From Eledone cirrhosa (taxonomy: Eukaryota), in contig OZ024749.1 of assembly GCA_964016885.1 (NCBI GenBank), positions 35,774,001 through 35,838,000 on the forward strand: a stretch of DNA of 64,000 nt, read 5' to 3'. Of this stretch, positions 60,717 through 64,000 are shown piece by piece. The stretch's first letter is position 1. Every line of letters starts with the position of its first letter. Both the position numbers and the translations under genes were made by a program. The notes under the pieces were generated by a model. That model searched no databases, was not told where the DNA came from, and saw nothing but the letters and a program-made list of their open reading frames with translations.

Positions 60717-62361
60717 TATGGGATGCTCTATCATTATATATCTGGCGTCAAATCATGGCAGAACATTTGGTTAATTCTCAGAGTTTTCTGCCAAATTATT
60801 TCAGATGTTAATGGAATTTCCAAAACACGATTCTTTATCATAATTCTAAAACATTTTCTCTTGAAGAAAGTTTTTCTGTTTTTTTTTTAATTTTATTTTG
60901 CTTCCATCAAAGAATAAAAGACACTCTTGTAAAGATCTCATCTTCCGATACATCTGCCTTACACATGGAACCGACATCTGGAAATCACATTCTTTTTTTT
61001 TTCTTTCAATATTTCCAATAAAGATTCTTCACATATCATTTTTATATTCACAGACACAATCATACACATGCACACATTCATACATACTAACACTCATACA
61101 TACACATACACATTCTCACACATACATACCAAACATATGCATGCATACACATACTATATATAACATATAATATACTGCACCAATTACAGTTTATATGTCT
61201 ATATAATTAATTTATTTGTAAAAAACTTATTTACACTGCTACAATGTCATTCTTTATACATACATACACACATACAAATATATACATACATAAATACATA
61301 CATACATAAATACATACATACACACACACCTCACATATATGCCTACGTACATACATATAAACATATATATATATATACATACATAAATACAAACATACAT
61401 ATAAACATATATACATATTTATATGTATATCAAAGCAATTTTCTGCCCTACGGTCACGCGTTTACCAATTTCATAGCAAGAAAATGTTTGATTAGACTTG
61501 ATTCAAGTCTGTCTTCAGGGGTAAAGGTAGCTGTGGTTTGATTGACAGGTGGGGGGCAACCAATCAGAAGGAGACTTTATGATAAGCCCATTCATTTGAA
61601 CCCAGAACGTAAAGGGCCATAACTCTGTGCCGCTAAGCATGTTGTCCGATGCTCTACCAATTTTGCCAATCCACCAGCCCTTACAAAGGAATACTTAATG
61701 AGAAGGAATTGGTTTCTGTTGTAGATAGAATGTTAATTAGTAATATTTTATGGTTCGGGTAGAATGTTCAGGTGGTATTGTTTCTAGTTGTAAAACATTG
61801 GGTCTATTTTAAGTGTTTTCAACTGGGATTCACTATCATTTACTAGGAGACAAAATTAAATAAATGTTTCTGATGGTATAAAAGATTTTCTGAGTATTAT
61901 TGCATGTGGGGGTTATGTAGGTGTTGTGTAAATGAGGACAGACGCTCCGATTAATTAAAGATCTAGTCTGAATGCTCTTCCTAATGCCAACCACTTTAAA
62001 GTATGACTGACTGCATTTTATCATGGCACCAACACACCACCATTGCTCCATCTGAACTTCTGTATTGAGCTAGAACTAACACTTACAATATATTTTACAT
62101 TAGCCCTTTACTATCTGTGTCATCTCAACTGGTTCTGGCTAACTTATAAATTAATTAGCGCCACATTGAAACAGATCTGGCAGAGAAATTAGTTTTAATT
62201 CTCTAGAGATTCAGGTAACCATGAGCCAAATACTCTAACCATTTAGCTATGCAACTTCAAAACATTTATATAGGTTAATGTTTAATAAGCAGTAACACTA
62301 ACACAGCATGCTTCATAACAGAAGTGTATAAGAAAGCGTTTATTATTATATATAAACATAT

Positions 62362-62545
62362 TTGGCAGAATCGGTAGAGAATTGGACACCATGCTTTTCA
62401 GAATAGAGTTACGGCCCTTTACGGTCTGAGTTCAAATCCCGCTGAGGTTAACTTTGCCTTTCATCCTTACGGGGGTCGATAAAATAAAGCACCAGTAATG
62501 TACTAGGGTAATTGCTGACTTCTGCCAAAATAGATACATTATTAT
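62362..62545 (+). mobile_element. SINE family B, diverged, with TSD
   Basis: ATTATTATA(T/C)ATAA(A/G)CATATT flanks. Confidence 0.8.
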
Positions 62546-63951
62546 ACATAAGCATATTGTATATACTTTCATATACACTGCTATAGTTAATGTTCAAATC
62601 TATATATGTGTGTATATATGTGTGTATGTAATGGGTGTGCATGTGTGTGTCTCACCTGTGTAACTATTCCTTCCTTGGCTAAAATTCTTCCTCTGTGAGC
62701 AAAGTGTCTCAAATTTCAGTATCACTGCCAGTTAACCCTTTACAGTGGTCTGTACCATTTCAACAGTTTCTGAACAAATTATAACTTAATTAATGTCACA
62801 CTGATGGATCTGACAGAGAAATTAGTTTTAATTCTCCACAGGTTCCTGTTAAATGAGTCAGATCTTGATTCAGGTCTGTAATTAAATTTTACTGGAATTC
62901 TAAACTACAATTACAGCCAGAAGCCTTCTCACAGAATGGAATATATTTTTAAAGAGACAACTGCCACATTAATTTTGCCCTGGTCTTCATGCTGTTTCCT
63001 AATTGTTTAAATCATCCAAACTATTATCCTTGTATTCTTTCATACCTTTATACTTTTAATGGCCATGCTGGGGCACTGCAAGCTTTTATTATTGGTCTTA
63101 CACATACAAACACAGAGACCCAACACACAGATACACACACACAGACATAGAGGTCCAACTCACACATACACATATATAAGTTCTGCCAACAAGACAAAAT
63201 AATGAGTTAAACAGTTCTAAGGGAATGATTGAATATCCATCCATTTTCAGTTATTGGACTTTGATTAGCAGAGACGTTTTTCCTCAAGCTGAAATATTGA
63301 TGATTATTTCCAGAAAACTCTGTGTAAATATTTCAATCAACAAGATTAATTTCCCCAGGCAAAACTTTTATTCAAATTTCTTTTTATAAAATCTCAATTA
63401 CATAAGCTATATTTCATTTCTAAACAGAAACACTGACCGCCAACATATGTATAATAAATAAATGTTGTGTTTTATGAAGAATCATTTATTTCAAGTCAAC
63501 ATCAAATCTTCTGTTTATTCTCTTTTAAGATCAATTTACTTCTTATGTTTTTTAGCCCTTTTGATACTAAACCACCAAAATCCACCCTCTTTCTACCGTT
63601 CTAAGCTATTTGTGTTAAAATGTTTATATTTATCTAAAACCTTCCATCATAAATTTATGTTAAGAACTTTTTAAAGTGATGCTCAAAACACCAACTTAAT
63701 AATGAAAAAGTTAGTTATTTAACTAAATCTCTTCAAAATATTGATTATTTTCAAATTGATTTGAAAACCATAGGAAGTGGAAATTGGTAACAAAACGGTT
63801 GAAGTTTATTATACACATTTCTTTGAAATGTCTATGGGATGCTCAGCCAGTTACAGGTTAATTTCACAAGTCAAACAACTGGAACACTTATGATTGTCAA
63901 AAATAATGGAGATCCATTCTGTCTTTTGTTTCTCTTGCAATAAAAGTTTAA

Positions 63952-64000
63952 CCATGTTTAACTTTGCCTTTCATCCTTACGGGGTCGATAAAATAAAACA
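63952..64000 (+). mobile_element. SINE family B fragment at window edge
   Basis: ACTTTGCCTTTCATCCTTACGGGGTCGATAAAATAAA. Confidence 0.8.

Overview
AT-rich, microsatellite-dense eukaryotic DNA, apparently intergenic or intronic, with no convincing host-gene exon. The repeat landscape suggests a cephalopod (Octopus-like) genome; this is an inference, not a database result. The window contains two 5'-truncated RTE-type LINEs with uninterrupted ORF2 frames, both carrying a C4HC3 PHD-like finger between RT motifs 6 and 7. It also holds a Dong/R4-type RLE fragment sitting in (ATT)n, a decayed mariner, TTAA-type and TA-type MITEs, two abundant tRNA-headed SINE families (one sharing its 3' tail with the RTE LINE) and many mini- and microsatellites. 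The most interesting signal is a set of short non-coding elements next to (TA)n tracts that carry minimal type-I hammerhead-ribozyme motifs: one canonical at 17534-17588, near-canonical ones at 60009-60066 and 18101-18141, and several decayed copies. Some of these elements form fold-back palindromes, including a near-perfect 402-bp one. They look like several Penelope-related or retrozyme-like non-autonomous families. Coordinates were read by eye and may be off by a few bases.
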